The notes under the pieces were generated by a model. That model ran no database searches, was not told where the DNA came from, and saw nothing but the letters and a program-made list of their open reading frames with translations. A DNA stretch of 64,000 bases. It comes from an uncultured Ohtaekwangia sp. (GTDB taxonomy: Bacteria; Bacteroidota; Bacteroidia; Cytophagales; Cyclobacteriaceae). The stretch is taken from contig CAZIOY010000003.1 of assembly GCA_964540915.1 (NCBI GenBank), positions 38,440 through 102,439 of the forward strand, in the 5' to 3' direction. Position 1 is the stretch's first letter. Each line of letters begins with the position of its first letter. Of the stretch, positions 11,486 through 21,568 are shown piece by piece. Both the position numbers and the translations under genes were made by a program.

Positions 11486-12430
11486 TTATAACTCGAGTAA
11501 GTGTTTTTTCAGGGCTTCGTCTCCTTCTCCTTTTACCAGGCTGATAAAAATATCGGCCATGCTTGGTATCTTTTCCTGAAAGCTATGAACTTCAGTGATA
11601 TCAATAATGTCGCGAATAACCTGATTGCCTTTTATGCCGTCTCTTGCTTTGAGTGTGCTGGAGAATAAATTATCTTCTATGGTTTCCTGTTTGATTAATT
11701 CATACCGATCGGCAGGCAATGAAAAATGATTTCCACGATGCTCAACGATAAAGGTATTTGACCTGAACTGATCCTTTACTTGTTTCTTAGGTCCCTCCAG
11801 GATCTTTTTTGATTTGTTGATCAGGGCAATATGGTCGCACAATGACTCCACGGTTTCCATTCGGTGGGTGGAAAAAATAATCGTGCTCCCTTTTTCTTTT
11901 AATTCCAATATTTGCTCGGTGATGAGTTGTGCGTTTACCGGATCGAATCCTGAGAACGGCTCGTCCAAAATGATCAACTTTGGCTCATGCAGGACGGTGC
12001 TGATGAATTGCACTTTCTGTGCCATACCTTTTGAGAGGTCTTCCACTTTTTTGTGCCACCAATCCCGGATCTCAAATTTGTCCAGCCATACTTTTATCCG
12101 CGCGAGCGCTTCTTTTTTGCTCAGACCTTTTAACTGTGCCAGATAGAGAAGCTGGTCACCTACTTTCATTTTTTTGTACAGGCCTCGTTCTTCGGGCAAG
12201 TATCCGATAATCTCCACGTGTTTGGAATGCAAGGGTTGACCAAAAACAGAAATCTCTCCTGAGTCACTGTTGATAATCTGGTTGATGATTCGTATCAAAG
12301 TGGTTTTTCCTGCTCCGTTGGGACCTAACAATCCATAAATCGTTTTTTCCGGAATAGTAATGCTCACTGAATCCAAGGCAGTATGGTTGGTATAACGCTT
12401 GGTAATGTTTTTAGCAATAAGTGCGTTCAC
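11486..12430 (-). CDS. ABC transporter ATP-binding protein (NatA-like)
   Basis: Walker A GPNGAGKTT, signature LSKGMAQK, Walker B IILDEP. GTG start. Confidence 0.9.
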   Translation of the reverse strand: MNALIAKNITKRYTNHTALDSVSITIPEKTIYGLLGPNGAGKTTLIRIINQIINSDSGEISVFGQPLHSKHVEIIGYLPEERGLYKKMKVGDQLLYLAQLKGLSKKEALARIKVWLDKFEIRDWWHKKVEDLSKGMAQKVQFISTVLHEPKLIILDEPFSGFDPVNAQLITEQILELKEKGSTIIFSTHRMETVESLCDHIALINKSKKILEGPKKQVKDQFRSNTFIVEHRGNHFSLPADRYELIKQETIEDNLFSSTLKARDGIKGNQVIRDIIDITEVHSFQEKIPSMADIFISLVKGEGDEALKKHLLEL

Positions 12431-12529
12431 TGACTGGGGAATTTTAGTTTAGGTAAATTTAAGAATAGGTTCCATGCCTCCGAAATAATTCGGACTTCAA
12501 TTCAAACTTTGTTTAAATAACAACTGGAA

Positions 12530-13426
12530 TTAGTGATGGTTTTCGCGAAAAACAATTTTACCCATGGAGACATCCAAATCAAACACCAGTGCATTGGGAC
12601 TATCCTTGGTATAGGCGGTATTAGCAAACTTGTTGGGTCCTATTTTTTTCAGGTTGCGCGAAAGATTGATACTGCATAACCACGACTCATTGATGGTTAC
12701 CAGAACAGGAACGTCCTCGGAAGGGAGCTGAATAATCAGATTGCCGGCACCAACACTGCCAATGATATGATTAGCAATCGTTGGTCTATTGCTGAAGTCG
12801 AGAAACATATTTCCAAAACCAACTTCGGCATGAACCACTTTGGATTTGGCCAGGTTGAGATGACGGGCGTTCAGTGAACCCATATCCACCTTTACCGAAA
12901 AAGTATCCATGGTAATTTTATTACCCACTTCGGTATTATAACTGATGTTCACATCTGCGCTGCCGGTATTGATTTTAAGTTTTTCAATGGATAAACCGGA
13001 CAGGTCTATATTGGCATTGCCCAAACCATAATCTAGATCTAATATATAAGGAGTTGATTCGGCCAGATATACTTTCCAGAATTTTTCTGTCGGTCTTTCA
13101 CCGGCACCAAAAACACGGTATGAGATTTTGTGGCCAACGCCTGGCATGTTTTCTTGCTCAAGGGATAATTTCACTGAACAGACAGTTCCGATAACTTCGT
13201 TGCTGAAGGAGTGGCCATACTCTTCTACGTCCTGGTTGCTGTACACATTTAGAATATCTTCATTTTGGCTGGGCCGGATAATGCAATTGCCGGTTTTGGC
13301 CCTGAGTTTTAACACTACCTTTTCGCATTCCTGTATTTTTTCAACAGAAAACTGCTTCTTCGCCTGCGCGCTTACACCAAAGGCGGTGGCACTGGTTACT
13401 AAAGCTAAAATCATCGATCTCCACAT
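12530..13426 (-). CDS. secreted beta-rich repeat protein, possibly toastrack/DUF4097-like
   Basis: Signal peptide (LVTSATAFGVSAQA). Repeated G-x-(A/G)-(D/N)-(I/V/L) strand-like units (GNANIDLSG, GSADVNISY, GAGNLIIQL). The family assignment is by eye only. Confidence 0.45.
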   Translation of the reverse strand: MWRSMILALVTSATAFGVSAQAKKQFSVEKIQECEKVVLKLRAKTGNCIIRPSQNEDILNVYSNQDVEEYGHSFSNEVIGTVCSVKLSLEQENMPGVGHKISYRVFGAGERPTEKFWKVYLAESTPYILDLDYGLGNANIDLSGLSIEKLKINTGSADVNISYNTEVGNKITMDTFSVKVDMGSLNARHLNLAKSKVVHAEVGFGNMFLDFSNRPTIANHIIGSVGAGNLIIQLPSEDVPVLVTINESWLCSINLSRNLKKIGPNKFANTAYTKDSPNALVFDLDVSMGKIVFRENHH

Positions 13427-13486
13427 ATCTACTTCTTACGTGTTAGTTCAGGTAAAGTTTAAAGATGTAATAAAGGTTACAATTTT

Positions 13487-13526
13487 GTAAAAAAATAACC
13501 CGTAATAGGTCTTATACGGGTTATTT
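13487..13526 (-). terminator. rho-independent terminator of dnaJ
   Basis: Perfect 10-bp stem ATAACCCGTA/TACGGGTTAT. On the minus strand it is followed by a T-run (forward A-run 13489-13495). Confidence 0.7.
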
Positions 13527-13545
13527 TAGAAAGGGTTATTATTTT

Positions 13546-14670
13546 TTATCCCAGGTACTCCTTCATGCGCTCAAAGAACCCTTTTTCTCCCGAGTCCGGG
13601 TGAGGTTGAAAATTAGGAGAGTTTTTAAGGCTCTCAAGTTTTGCTTTCTCTTCACTGCTTAGCTTCCTTGGGGTAAAGACATTTATGTAAATAAGCTGGT
13701 CCCCGGCTCCATAGCCGTTTATATCTTTCAATCCTTTGCCGCGAAGTCTTAGAATTTTTCCGCTTTGTGTACCCGGATCTATTTTGATTCTCACTTTTCC
13801 TCCAATGGAAGGAACCTCAACAGAAATACCTAAAGCTGCGTCAATAAAGCTGATATGCAGGTCAAACACCAGGTTATTTCCATCCCGCTTTAACTCTTTA
13901 TCTTCCTGTTCTTCAATTAAAATGAGCAAGTCACCTGGTATGCCCCCGCCCGGAGCTTCATTTCCTTTTCCAGACATGGAGAGCTGCATGCCATCGCTTA
14001 CCCCAGCAGGAATTTTCACCGAAATCATATCTTCCTTCGAAACAAGCCCTGAGTTATCTACCCCGGAAGGGCGCTTGTCAATTAGTTGACCAGCTCCATT
14101 ACAAGCCGAGCAGGTTGTGGTTGACACCATCTGGCCAAGCATCGTGTTTACCACTTTTCTAACTTGGCCTGTTCCCTGGCAGGTGGTACAATTTTTAAAC
14201 GTAACTCCTTCTGCGCGAATGAGTCTGTTTACTTTTATTTTCTTTTCAACACCATGAGCAATTTCTTCCAGAGTAAGCTTAAGCTTTATGCGCAGGTTTG
14301 AACCTTTGCGCTGCCTGGTTCTGCCGCCACCGCCACCAAAGAAACTATCAAACGGACTTCCGCCACCGCCACCGCCAAAAATATCACCAAACTGACTGAA
14401 GATATCATCCATGTTCATGTCGTGACCACGGAAGCCTCCACCACCTTGTCCTGAATGTCCGAAGCGATCGTATTTTGCACGCTTATCTGTGTCGCTGAGC
14501 ACTTCATACGCTTCAGCAGCCTCTTTAAATTTTTCCTCAGCCTCTTTATTCCCTTGATTTTTATCCGGGTGGAACTGGATGGCCACTTTGCGATAGGCTT
14601 TCTTAATCTCTTCGGGAGTGGCGGATTTACTCACTCCTAATATTTCGTAAAAATCTCTTTTTGTTGACAT
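13546..14670 (-). CDS. dnaJ: molecular chaperone DnaJ
   Basis: J-domain with HPD (IQFHPDKN), a G/F-rich region, and a CxxCxGxG zinc-finger repeat ([16 protein letters not shown]). Confidence 0.95.
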   Translation of the reverse strand: MSTKRDFYEILGVSKSATPEEIKKAYRKVAIQFHPDKNQGNKEAEEKFKEAAEAYEVLSDTDKRAKYDRFGHSGQGGGGFRGHDMNMDDIFSQFGDIFGGGGGGSPFDSFFGGGGGRTRQRKGSNLRIKLKLTLEEIAHGVEKKIKVNRLIRAEGVTFKNCTTCQGTGQVRKVVNTMLGQMVSTTTCSACNGAGQLIDKRPSGVDNSGLVSKEDMISVKIPAGVSDGMQLSMSGKGNEAPGGGIPGDLLILIEEQEDKELKRDGNNLVFDLHISFIDAALGISVEVPSIGGKVRIKIDPGTQSGKILRLRGKGLKDINGYGAGDQLIYINVFTPRKLSSEEKAKLESLKNSPNFQPHPDSGEKGFFERMKEYLG

Positions 14671-14720
14671 GATTCGTGAGCTTGGAAGTTAGTGTTCGTT
14701 CAGCGTAATAAAATTTGGTA

Positions 14721-15284
14721 TCAACTTCCTACAACAACTTTAGCAAAGCGAATAACTTTATCGTTCAACAGATATCCATTCTCTACGACATCCATGATCT
14801 TACCCTTTAATTTTTCATTGGGGGCAGGCACCTGCGTGATGGCTTCATGAAGGTCGGGATTGAAGGTGGTTTCTTTGAGCGACTCCATGGGTTTTACTCC
14901 ATACTGTTCCAGTGTCTTTTTAAATTTATTCTGGATTATGAAAAATCCCTCAGCCTCTTTATCATTTCTGTCTTTGAAAGCTTTTCCGGCACGCTCAAAA
15001 TCATCGGCCACCGGAAGCAATGCCTGCAGCAATTGCTCATTGGCGGATTGAATCATTTCGAGTTTTTCCTTAGAAGATCTTCTTCTGAAATTATCAAACT
15101 CGGCATAAAGCCTTACGTATTTATCTTTTGCTTCTGACAATTCGTCCTTAAGTTTCTTAACAGGGTCGATAAGGTCTTCTTTCTTTTCTGCACTCGCGGG
15201 CTCTGGAGTTTGCGTAGGAGGGGTCTCTTCTATCAAATCATCGTGTTTTTCCAATTCCTGTTCTGGTTGAACTGAGTTTTCCAT
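14721..15284 (-). CDS. grpE: nucleotide exchange factor GrpE
   Basis: 187 aa. RLYAEFDNFRRR motif. Adjacent to dnaJ. Confidence 0.9.
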   Translation of the reverse strand: MENSVQPEQELEKHDDLIEETPPTQTPEPASAEKKEDLIDPVKKLKDELSEAKDKYVRLYAEFDNFRRRSSKEKLEMIQSANEQLLQALLPVADDFERAGKAFKDRNDKEAEGFFIIQNKFKKTLEQYGVKPMESLKETTFNPDLHEAITQVPAPNEKLKGKIMDVVENGYLLNDKVIRFAKVVVGS

Positions 15285-15352
15285 AGTTTTCGCTTAATAA
15301 AGGGGAAAGTGACAAGAATTTTGCCAATAATTGATTTTGTGTCAGAATGGCG

Positions 15353-16345
15353 TTACGGGTTCAGTGTGCGCCAGATAAGGTCTTTAAGTTCAGTAATACC
15401 CTGATTGGAAAGAGATGAAATAAATACGGAAGGTATCCCCTTGGGTAGTTCTTTCTTCACCTCCTTGAGCAATTCATCATCCAGCATATCGCATTTGGAA
15501 ATAGCGAGCAGTCTTTTCTTATCAAGCAACTCGGGGTTGTATTTGCGCAACTCATTCAAAAGAATTTCATATTCCTTTTTGATATCATTGGAGTCTACCG
15601 GTATAAGAAACAACAACAATGAATTTCGCTCGATGTGTTTTAAGAAGCGCACGCCTAATCCCTTTCCTTCGGCAGCACCTTCAATGATTCCTGGAATATC
15701 GGCCATCACAAACGATCTCGAATCACGATAGGAAACCACGCCAAGGTTTGGTGTCAATGTGGTAAAGGCGTAATCGGCAATCTTAGGTTTAGCGGCAGAT
15801 ACAACGGATAGTAATGTTGACTTACCTGCATTCGGAAAGCCAACAAGGCCAACATCGGCCAGCAATTTCAATTCTAGAATAACCCACTCATCTCTCCCCG
15901 GTTCACCGGTCTGCGCATGTTGTGGTGCCTGATTGGTGGAGGTAGCAAAATAGGAATTTCCTTTCCCTCCCCGGCCACCAGGAAGTAGAATTACCTCCTG
16001 ACCGTCTTCATTGATCTCGCACATGATCTCATTCGTCTCTGAACTGCGTGCTACCGTGCCGAGGGGCACATCCAAGGTGATATCTTTGCCAAAAGAACCT
16101 GTGCAGTTTTGCGATTCACCTGGTTTACCGTTTTCTGCAAACACATGTTTACGAAACTTCAAGTGAAGCAATGTCCACATTTGCGCATTTCCTCTTAGGA
16201 TGAGGTGTCCACCGCGTCCGCCATCACCTCCATCGGGTCCTCCTTTTTCAATGAATTTTTCGCGATGAAAATGAAGGCAGCCCGCGCCACCATGTCCGGA
16301 GCGGCCGTTTAATTTTACGTAATCAATAAAGTTGGGAGAGGACAT
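15353..16345 (-). CDS. obgE: GTPase ObgE/CgtA
   Basis: Obg fold (GGxGGxGG repeats: [14 protein letters not shown]), then [18 protein letters not shown]. Confidence 0.95.
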   Translation of the reverse strand: MSSPNFIDYVKLNGRSGHGGAGCLHFHREKFIEKGGPDGGDGGRGGHLILRGNAQMWTLLHLKFRKHVFAENGKPGESQNCTGSFGKDITLDVPLGTVARSSETNEIMCEINEDGQEVILLPGGRGGKGNSYFATSTNQAPQHAQTGEPGRDEWVILELKLLADVGLVGFPNAGKSTLLSVVSAAKPKIADYAFTTLTPNLGVVSYRDSRSFVMADIPGIIEGAAEGKGLGVRFLKHIERNSLLLFLIPVDSNDIKKEYEILLNELRKYNPELLDKKRLLAISKCDMLDDELLKEVKKELPKGIPSVFISSLSNQGITELKDLIWRTLNP

Positions 16346-16368
16346 GGCAGGGTTGGTTCAAGGATGTT

Positions 16369-16935
16369 TTAGCGATCCAGTATCGCGCAAATGTTTTTGT
16401 TGATTTCATCAATAACACCAATGCCATGCACGGTATTTAATCTTCCCTGACTATTATAGTAAGGAAGAACATGGATGGTCTTACTGAAATATTCCGTTAT
16501 CCGTTTGTTTAATTTTTCTTCTTCGTCATCGGCCCTGTTCTCAGTAGTTCTGCGCTTGCCAATGCGTGCGCGCAATTCTTCTTCTGTTACGTCCAATGCA
16601 ATCACGTGATGAATGGCCGATCCGTTTTCTTTCAGGAACGTATCCAAGGCTTCTGCCTGAGGCACGGTACGTGGAAACCCATCGAACAAGAACCCTTTGG
16701 CCTGAGGATTTTTATCGAGTTCTTCTTTTAGCATGGCGATGGTAATTTCGTCAGGAACCAATGCACCACTATTCATAATCTCTTTTACCCGCTTCCCTAA
16801 TGCCGTATCATTTTTGGTGTGCCACCTAAAAAGGTCACCGGTTGAAATATGTACGAAGCCATACTTTTGTATTAGCTTTTCGCTCTGCGTGCCTTTGCCT
16901 GCTCCAGGCGGCCCAAAGAGAACAAGATTGATCAT
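16369..16935 (-). CDS. adk: adenylate kinase
   Basis: P-loop GPPGAGKGTQ, STGDLFR, GFLFDGFPRT. Confidence 0.95.
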   Translation of the reverse strand: MINLVLFGPPGAGKGTQSEKLIQKYGFVHISTGDLFRWHTKNDTALGKRVKEIMNSGALVPDEITIAMLKEELDKNPQAKGFLFDGFPRTVPQAEALDTFLKENGSAIHHVIALDVTEEELRARIGKRRTTENRADDEEEKLNKRITEYFSKTIHVLPYYNSQGRLNTVHGIGVIDEINKNICAILDR

Positions 16936-17018
16936 ATCAGGTAGTTTAGGTAAAAAGGGAGCGCAAGATAATGATCAATTGAACAATAGCCAATGGGATC
17001 CCTTTCAGGCAACTGGAT

Positions 17019-17561
17019 CTATTTTTCAGTTTCTTTTTCTATTAACTTGTAGATGTCCTTGTAATTACGACCAAAGCCATCATAATCCAGTCCATAACCG
17101 ATTACAAATTCTGAATCCAGATCAAACCCGACATATTTGACATCTATTTTTTTTTCACGGGCGCCCTTTTTTCTTAACAGACTAATCACCTCCACTGATT
17201 TTGTGCCCAAGCCACGGAGTTCTTCGATGATTTTTTCAATAGTAAGGCCCGAATCAACGATGTCTTCAATAATGATGATATCCTGATTAAAGAGACTTTC
17301 ATCGTGACCGATAAGTGTTTTTAAGTGGCCAGTGCTTGAAGTGCCTGAATAAGAAGAGGTTTTTACAAATGAGATACGGCAAGGGATTTTCACCTCCTTC
17401 AGCAAGTCAGCTGCGAACATGAATGAACCATTAAGAATGGGTAAAAAAACAGGACATTGATTTTTATAATCCTGGTTTATTCTGGAGGCCAGCTCAGTAG
17501 TCTTTTCTTCAATTTTAGAAGCAGGAATAAACTTTTTGAATTCAAGATCTTTAATCTTCAT
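17019..17561 (-). CDS. hpt: hypoxanthine phosphoribosyltransferase
   Basis: PRPP-binding loop IIIIEDIVDSGLT and YGLDY near the C-terminus. 180 aa. Confidence 0.9.
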   Translation of the reverse strand: MKIKDLEFKKFIPASKIEEKTTELASRINQDYKNQCPVFLPILNGSFMFAADLLKEVKIPCRISFVKTSSYSGTSSTGHLKTLIGHDESLFNQDIIIIEDIVDSGLTIEKIIEELRGLGTKSVEVISLLRKKGAREKKIDVKYVGFDLDSEFVIGYGLDYDGFGRNYKDIYKLIEKETEK

Positions 17562-17824
17562 AGGTGTTCTATCAACATCTCGCTCAAAGATACCTCTTTA
17601 AACATTTTTTAAAAAAAATGATTTACTTGAATGAACCATCTATTTTAGTTCAAACGTTTGTTTAGCAGCATTGCCCTTTGCTATCGGGTATGGCCGTAAG
17701 GCAGAGGTATGCAAATCCCGGATTTATTCGATAATAGCTACTTAATCCGGAACTGGTTGGGCCATTACAGCATTGGTGCGAATGATTTTCCAGAATGTAA
17801 ATGCAGCACAGAATGCGTAATTTA

Positions 17825-18082
17825 TTATTCTTTAAATCTCAGTTTGAAGAATAACAATGAAGAAGCTAATATAAGTGTAAGAAGATTGGCCACAATCACC
17901 GGCACATCATTGATGACGATTCCATAAATCAGCCAAAGCAACACACCAAAGCAAAAAAATGAAAACATCCCCAGCGAAAGATCTTTTGCTGAACCACTTT
18001 TCCACGTTTTGACTACCTGAGGTAAAAAGGCAATCGTAGTGCACGAGCCAGCAGCAAGACCAAGAATTTGAATTTCGTTCAT
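17825..18082 (-). CDS. SemiSWEET / PQ-loop family transporter (3 TM)
   Basis: 85 aa from the ATG at 18082. LPQ motif (IAFLPQVVKTWKS) and three hydrophobic helices. A -7 box lies 20 nt upstream of this ATG and inside the longer track ORF. Confidence 0.75.
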   Translation of the reverse strand: MNEIQILGLAAGSCTTIAFLPQVVKTWKSGSAKDLSLGMFSFFCFGVLLWLIYGIVINDVPVIVANLLTLILASSLLFFKLRFKE

Positions 18083-18101
18083 AGTTAAAAAATTGTTGTT
18101 G

Positions 18102-18109
18102 CAAAGATA
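18102..18109 (-). promoter_or_regulatory. putative -7 promoter element (TATCTTTG on the minus strand) for the SemiSWEET gene
   Basis: The reverse complement of CAAAGATA matches TAnnTTTG, 20 nt upstream of the ATG at 18082. Confidence 0.4.
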
Positions 18110-18305
18110 ACGGTGTCCCATTGTGAAAGATTTGCTGGTGTAAGGTTATCTGAGTTCATGATGAGTTAAATCGATTGCATAGAATTTTCTCAGCCTGAAT
18201 TTCACTTCCTTTGTGGGACTTTAACGATAAAATGATCAGGGAACCAAGGGTCGTTATTTTGAAGACGGTAAATCAGCAGGATTACTTCTCAATGACTTTC
18301 GAAAT

Positions 18306-18485
18306 TTATTTTTTCTTGCCTTCGATGATTCGATATACGTAATCAATAGCGTGAATCGACACCCAGAGGATAAATATGAATAAGCATACATAGAACAGAT
18401 CGACATAATCGACATTTCTAACACCACGCCAATTATACCATCCAAGAGAGTATAGATTTATGATTACTGACGAAATCGTATGCAT
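18306..18485 (-). CDS. candidate 59-aa small membrane protein, translationally coupled to the upstream oxidoreductase
   Basis: My translation: MHTISSVIINLYSLGWYNWRGVRNVDYVDLFYVCLFIFILWVSIHAIDYVYRIIEGKKK. Its ATG overlaps the TAA of the 18485..19843 gene (TAATG). One clear TM segment. It falls just under the 60-aa cutoff of the ORF track. Confidence 0.35.
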   Translation of the reverse strand: MHTISSVIINLYSLGWYNWRGVRNVDYVDLFYVCLFIFILWVSIHAIDYVYRIIEGKKK

Positions 18486-19843
18486 TAATAATCGTCACCT
18501 AACGCAAATTCATTCTTGCGAGACATCCATTTGCCTCCTGTGAAATCGGGAAACTCAACGCTCTCGCCTCCCAGTTGAATAGAGCTTTCTGACAAAGGAG
18601 TAATAGCGCTCCACGTTACGGCATCATATACATCCTGCGGAGTGTTTGTTTTGCGTTTTACCGATTCAATGAATGCATTGAGTACAAACCAGTCCATGCC
18701 ACCATGGCCGGCACCGCTGGCATCATTGCCATATTTTTTCCAGAGCGGATGATCATATTTGTCCAGCCACTCTTTGGCGTCTTCCCACTGATGTGCTTTT
18801 TTACTTTGCCCTTCAATGTAGATTGATTTGTTTAAGTCCATCCAGATGCCTTTGGTGCCCTGCACTCTAAACCCAATGGAATAGGGCCTTGGCAGGTTGG
18901 TATCATGTTGTAATAAAATCGTTTCATTGTTTGCAGTGCTGATCATGGTGGTAACCACATCACCCAATTTGAAATTGATCTTTGCGTTCGGATGATCCGG
19001 GCCTCCCGTTTTTACAATGTGATCATGCAAGCCTCTTGCTTTGGTTGAGTAGGATACCAGTTGGGTGAAACGGTTGCCGCGATTGATATCCACCATCATA
19101 GCAACCGGACCGATACCGTGCGTTGGGTAGAGGTCACCATTGCGATACACGGAATGTTGTGTCCGCCACTGTGCTTCCGAAAATCCTTTTTCACCAAATT
19201 CAACTCCTTTACCATAGGCTTGCTTACCATCATTGAATTTTACTTCTCGCAGGTCGTGCTGATATCCTCCTTGCAAATGGACAAGTTCACCAAACACATT
19301 CTGACGTACCATGTTCAATATCGCCATTACATCGCGTCTGTAGCAAACATTTTCCAACATCATCAGCGGCATACCCGTGCGTTCGGAAGTATGCACCAGT
19401 TCCCAACACTCTTCTACGGTCATTCCGGTGATCACTTCGCAGCCCACATATTTTTTGGCGTTCATCGAATCGATGCACATCACTGTGTGCCACTCCCACG
19501 GGGTAGCGATGATAACCGCATCAATATCTTTGTTCTCAAGTAATTTTTTATAACCATAGGGTCCGTCCATGATTACCTGAGGTTTGGGTTTTCCGGCTTC
19601 TGCAAACATTTTCAGACTTGCATCAATCATACCTTGCTGCACATCGCAGATGGCAATTACATCGGTATCACTTCTTTTAAGTGCTAGCCCGAGGTGATCC
19701 TGACCACGCAGGCCCACACCAATAAACCCGAGTCTGATCTTAGGGTCTTTATCTTTTGAAAAAACAATTCCGGAAGGAAGAATAGAAAGTCCAAGACCGG
19801 CTGCGGTTGTGGTTTTAATGAAGTTTCTGCGATTGGTGTTCAT
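18485..19843 (-). CDS. Gfo/Idh/MocA family oxidoreductase with twin-arginine signal (GH109-like)
   Basis: Tat motif NRRNFIK followed by a hydrophobic stretch. Rossmann motif GFIGVGLRG. Length and layout are typical of periplasmic NAD-dependent GH109-like enzymes. Confidence 0.85.
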   Translation of the reverse strand: MNTNRRNFIKTTTAAGLGLSILPSGIVFSKDKDPKIRLGFIGVGLRGQDHLGLALKRSDTDVIAICDVQQGMIDASLKMFAEAGKPKPQVIMDGPYGYKKLLENKDIDAVIIATPWEWHTVMCIDSMNAKKYVGCEVITGMTVEECWELVHTSERTGMPLMMLENVCYRRDVMAILNMVRQNVFGELVHLQGGYQHDLREVKFNDGKQAYGKGVEFGEKGFSEAQWRTQHSVYRNGDLYPTHGIGPVAMMVDINRGNRFTQLVSYSTKARGLHDHIVKTGGPDHPNAKINFKLGDVVTTMISTANNETILLQHDTNLPRPYSIGFRVQGTKGIWMDLNKSIYIEGQSKKAHQWEDAKEWLDKYDHPLWKKYGNDASGAGHGGMDWFVLNAFIESVKRKTNTPQDVYDAVTWSAITPLSESSIQLGGESVEFPDFTGGKWMSRKNEFALGDDY

Positions 19844-19856
19844 ATTTTTTTCAGGA

Positions 19857-20837
19857 TTACAATTCTTTCATGAGACAAGCATAAAGATCGATCATTGTTT
19901 TGATATCGTGTTTGTGCACTTTTTCGTGCGGTGTGTGGGCGTGTTGTTCGGGGGCTCCTACAAAACACCAGTCGAATGGAACCGGGCTTTTCTGCAGTTC
20001 GCCACCATCGCTGGAACCCGAGCCTTCAACTTCCAGCTGATGATCGATTTGATATTTACTGGCGATATGAATGATTTTATCAACAAAAGTTTTCCGAGGT
20101 AAATTCCGGTCGCGCAATGAAATGGCTACTCCTTTTCCATGATCCACACCATCCGATACCCATGTGATATCTGAAATCAATGCCTGGCGCACGTTCCATT
20201 TTTTGTAGATATAGTCGGCCAGGTAGCCTACTGTTCCGCCACCGTGTTCTTCCCAGCAGCTGAAAACAATTAGCCCGTCTTTCAATGTTTCGGCAACCTT
20301 AAGGGCATTGTAGATCCCCAACCGATTATCGAGGTAGGCGGATTCAATGTATTCTTTGGTTTCGTGAAAGTGGATCTTGTAGGTGAGTGTGGTGCCGCGA
20401 TCAATAGGGCGACCAAATTTATAGAAAGCATGATTCTCTTTATCAAACTCCAACTCGCACTCAATTTCTCCAAGCGAATCTTTTCCAACCAGTTTGGTTT
20501 CTGTTTCTGCATCCGGACTGCCAATAGAAAGTAATTGATTGAAGTATCGCACGGTAAACCCTACGGTATCCATGTGAGCAAAGATGGCCGTGCGGGGTTT
20601 ACCAAATTTTAAGATCAGGCAATCCTGAAATTCTTCACCTTGAATGATTTGAGGTTTATGTTTCCAGTTATTACTTTCTTTTTTGAGGTATTGAAGCAGG
20701 AATTCTTTCACCGGACCTTCCTGCCCGGAAGGTGCATGAATCTCACATAATTGTTTCAATAGTTGTGTGTCCACTTCTTTTCCCTTCATGGAGGAAGCTT
20801 TCTTTAATTTTTTCATTGGAGTTCCATCTTTCTGCAA
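19857..20837 (-). CDS. M42-family metallopeptidase (aminopeptidase/endoglucanase-like)
   Basis: AHMDTVGF, LDNRLG, WEEHGGG and C-terminal His/Asp ligand regions. The start is uncertain (several in-frame Met). Confidence 0.7.
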   Translation of the reverse strand: MQKDGTPMKKLKKASSMKGKEVDTQLLKQLCEIHAPSGQEGPVKEFLLQYLKKESNNWKHKPQIIQGEEFQDCLILKFGKPRTAIFAHMDTVGFTVRYFNQLLSIGSPDAETETKLVGKDSLGEIECELEFDKENHAFYKFGRPIDRGTTLTYKIHFHETKEYIESAYLDNRLGIYNALKVAETLKDGLIVFSCWEEHGGGTVGYLADYIYKKWNVRQALISDITWVSDGVDHGKGVAISLRDRNLPRKTFVDKIIHIASKYQIDHQLEVEGSGSSDGGELQKSPVPFDWCFVGAPEQHAHTPHEKVHKHDIKTMIDLYACLMKEL

Positions 20838-20872
20838 CTTTATCGTAAATTTTGGTGAGAAAAAAATTATTC

Positions 20873-21520
20873 ATGAGTCTGATTATACTGGGCGATCAAC
20901 ATTCTATCGCCAATCAATTCCTTAACGAGATCAGAGACAAGGAAAAGCAGCGGGATCGCATGCGCTTCCGTAAGAATATGGAGCGGATGGGCGAAATCAT
21001 GGCTTATGAGATTTCTAAAAAATTGGCCTACTCTGATTGTACCGTAAGTACGCCACTTGCTTCGTTAACATCCAGCCAGTTAACAACTCAACCGATCATT
21101 ATTACGGTGTTGCGGGCCGGACTGGTATACTTTCAAGGCTTTCTTAATTATTTTGATCAGGCGGAAGGAGGCTTTATTGGTGCCTATCGTAAAGAAGGCG
21201 GTGAGGAAATTCATATAAACCTGGAATATCTCGCGGCTCCCAACTTAGCGGGCAGAGAAGTGATATTGGTTGATCCGATGCTCGCCACCGGAAAATCTTT
21301 TGTGAGATCGGTGAGTGCTTTGTTAAGTCATGGCCAGCCCAGTCATCTGCACATTGCTGCATTAATTGCTTCTCCGGAAGGGCTAAAATATGTTCAGGAA
21401 AATCTGAAGGTGCCCCACACGATCTGGACATTTGCGGTAGATGAAAAACTGGATAGTCGTTTTTATATTGTTCCCGGCCTAGGCGATGCGGGAGACCTGA
21501 GTTTTGGCGATAAACTTTAG
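20873..21520 (+). CDS. upp: uracil phosphoribosyltransferase
   Basis: PRPP loop VILVDPMLATGKS and a C-terminal YIVPGLGDAGD motif. ATG at 20873; the track start at 20852 is a TTG. Confidence 0.9.
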   Translation: MSLIILGDQHSIANQFLNEIRDKEKQRDRMRFRKNMERMGEIMAYEISKKLAYSDCTVSTPLASLTSSQLTTQPIIITVLRAGLVYFQGFLNYFDQAEGGFIGAYRKEGGEEIHINLEYLAAPNLAGREVILVDPMLATGKSFVRSVSALLSHGQPSHLHIAALIASPEGLKYVQENLKVPHTIWTFAVDEKLDSRFYIVPGLGDAGDLSFGDKL

Positions 21521-21568
21521 TATTTGAGATTGAATTGTTTTTTTGAAATCTGGAATTTGAAATTTTGA

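Noticed and set aside
17562-17824. 263-nt intergenic region between hpt and the SemiSWEET gene, checked for a tRNA, a purine riboswitch or a small RNA.
   Set aside because: No tRNA-like T-arm or acceptor pairing is present, and there are no purine-riboswitch core motifs. I found only one short hairpin (CCGGATT...AATCCGG) without a T-run.
18254-18445. 63-aa track ORF between the SemiSWEET gene and the oxidoreductase.
   Set aside because: It is in a different frame from the 59-aa ORF at 18306-18485, which has a TAATG coupling junction and a clean TM helix. The 63-aa frame has no start context and a Ser/Arg-rich tail. Both cannot be real, and I favour the coupled frame.
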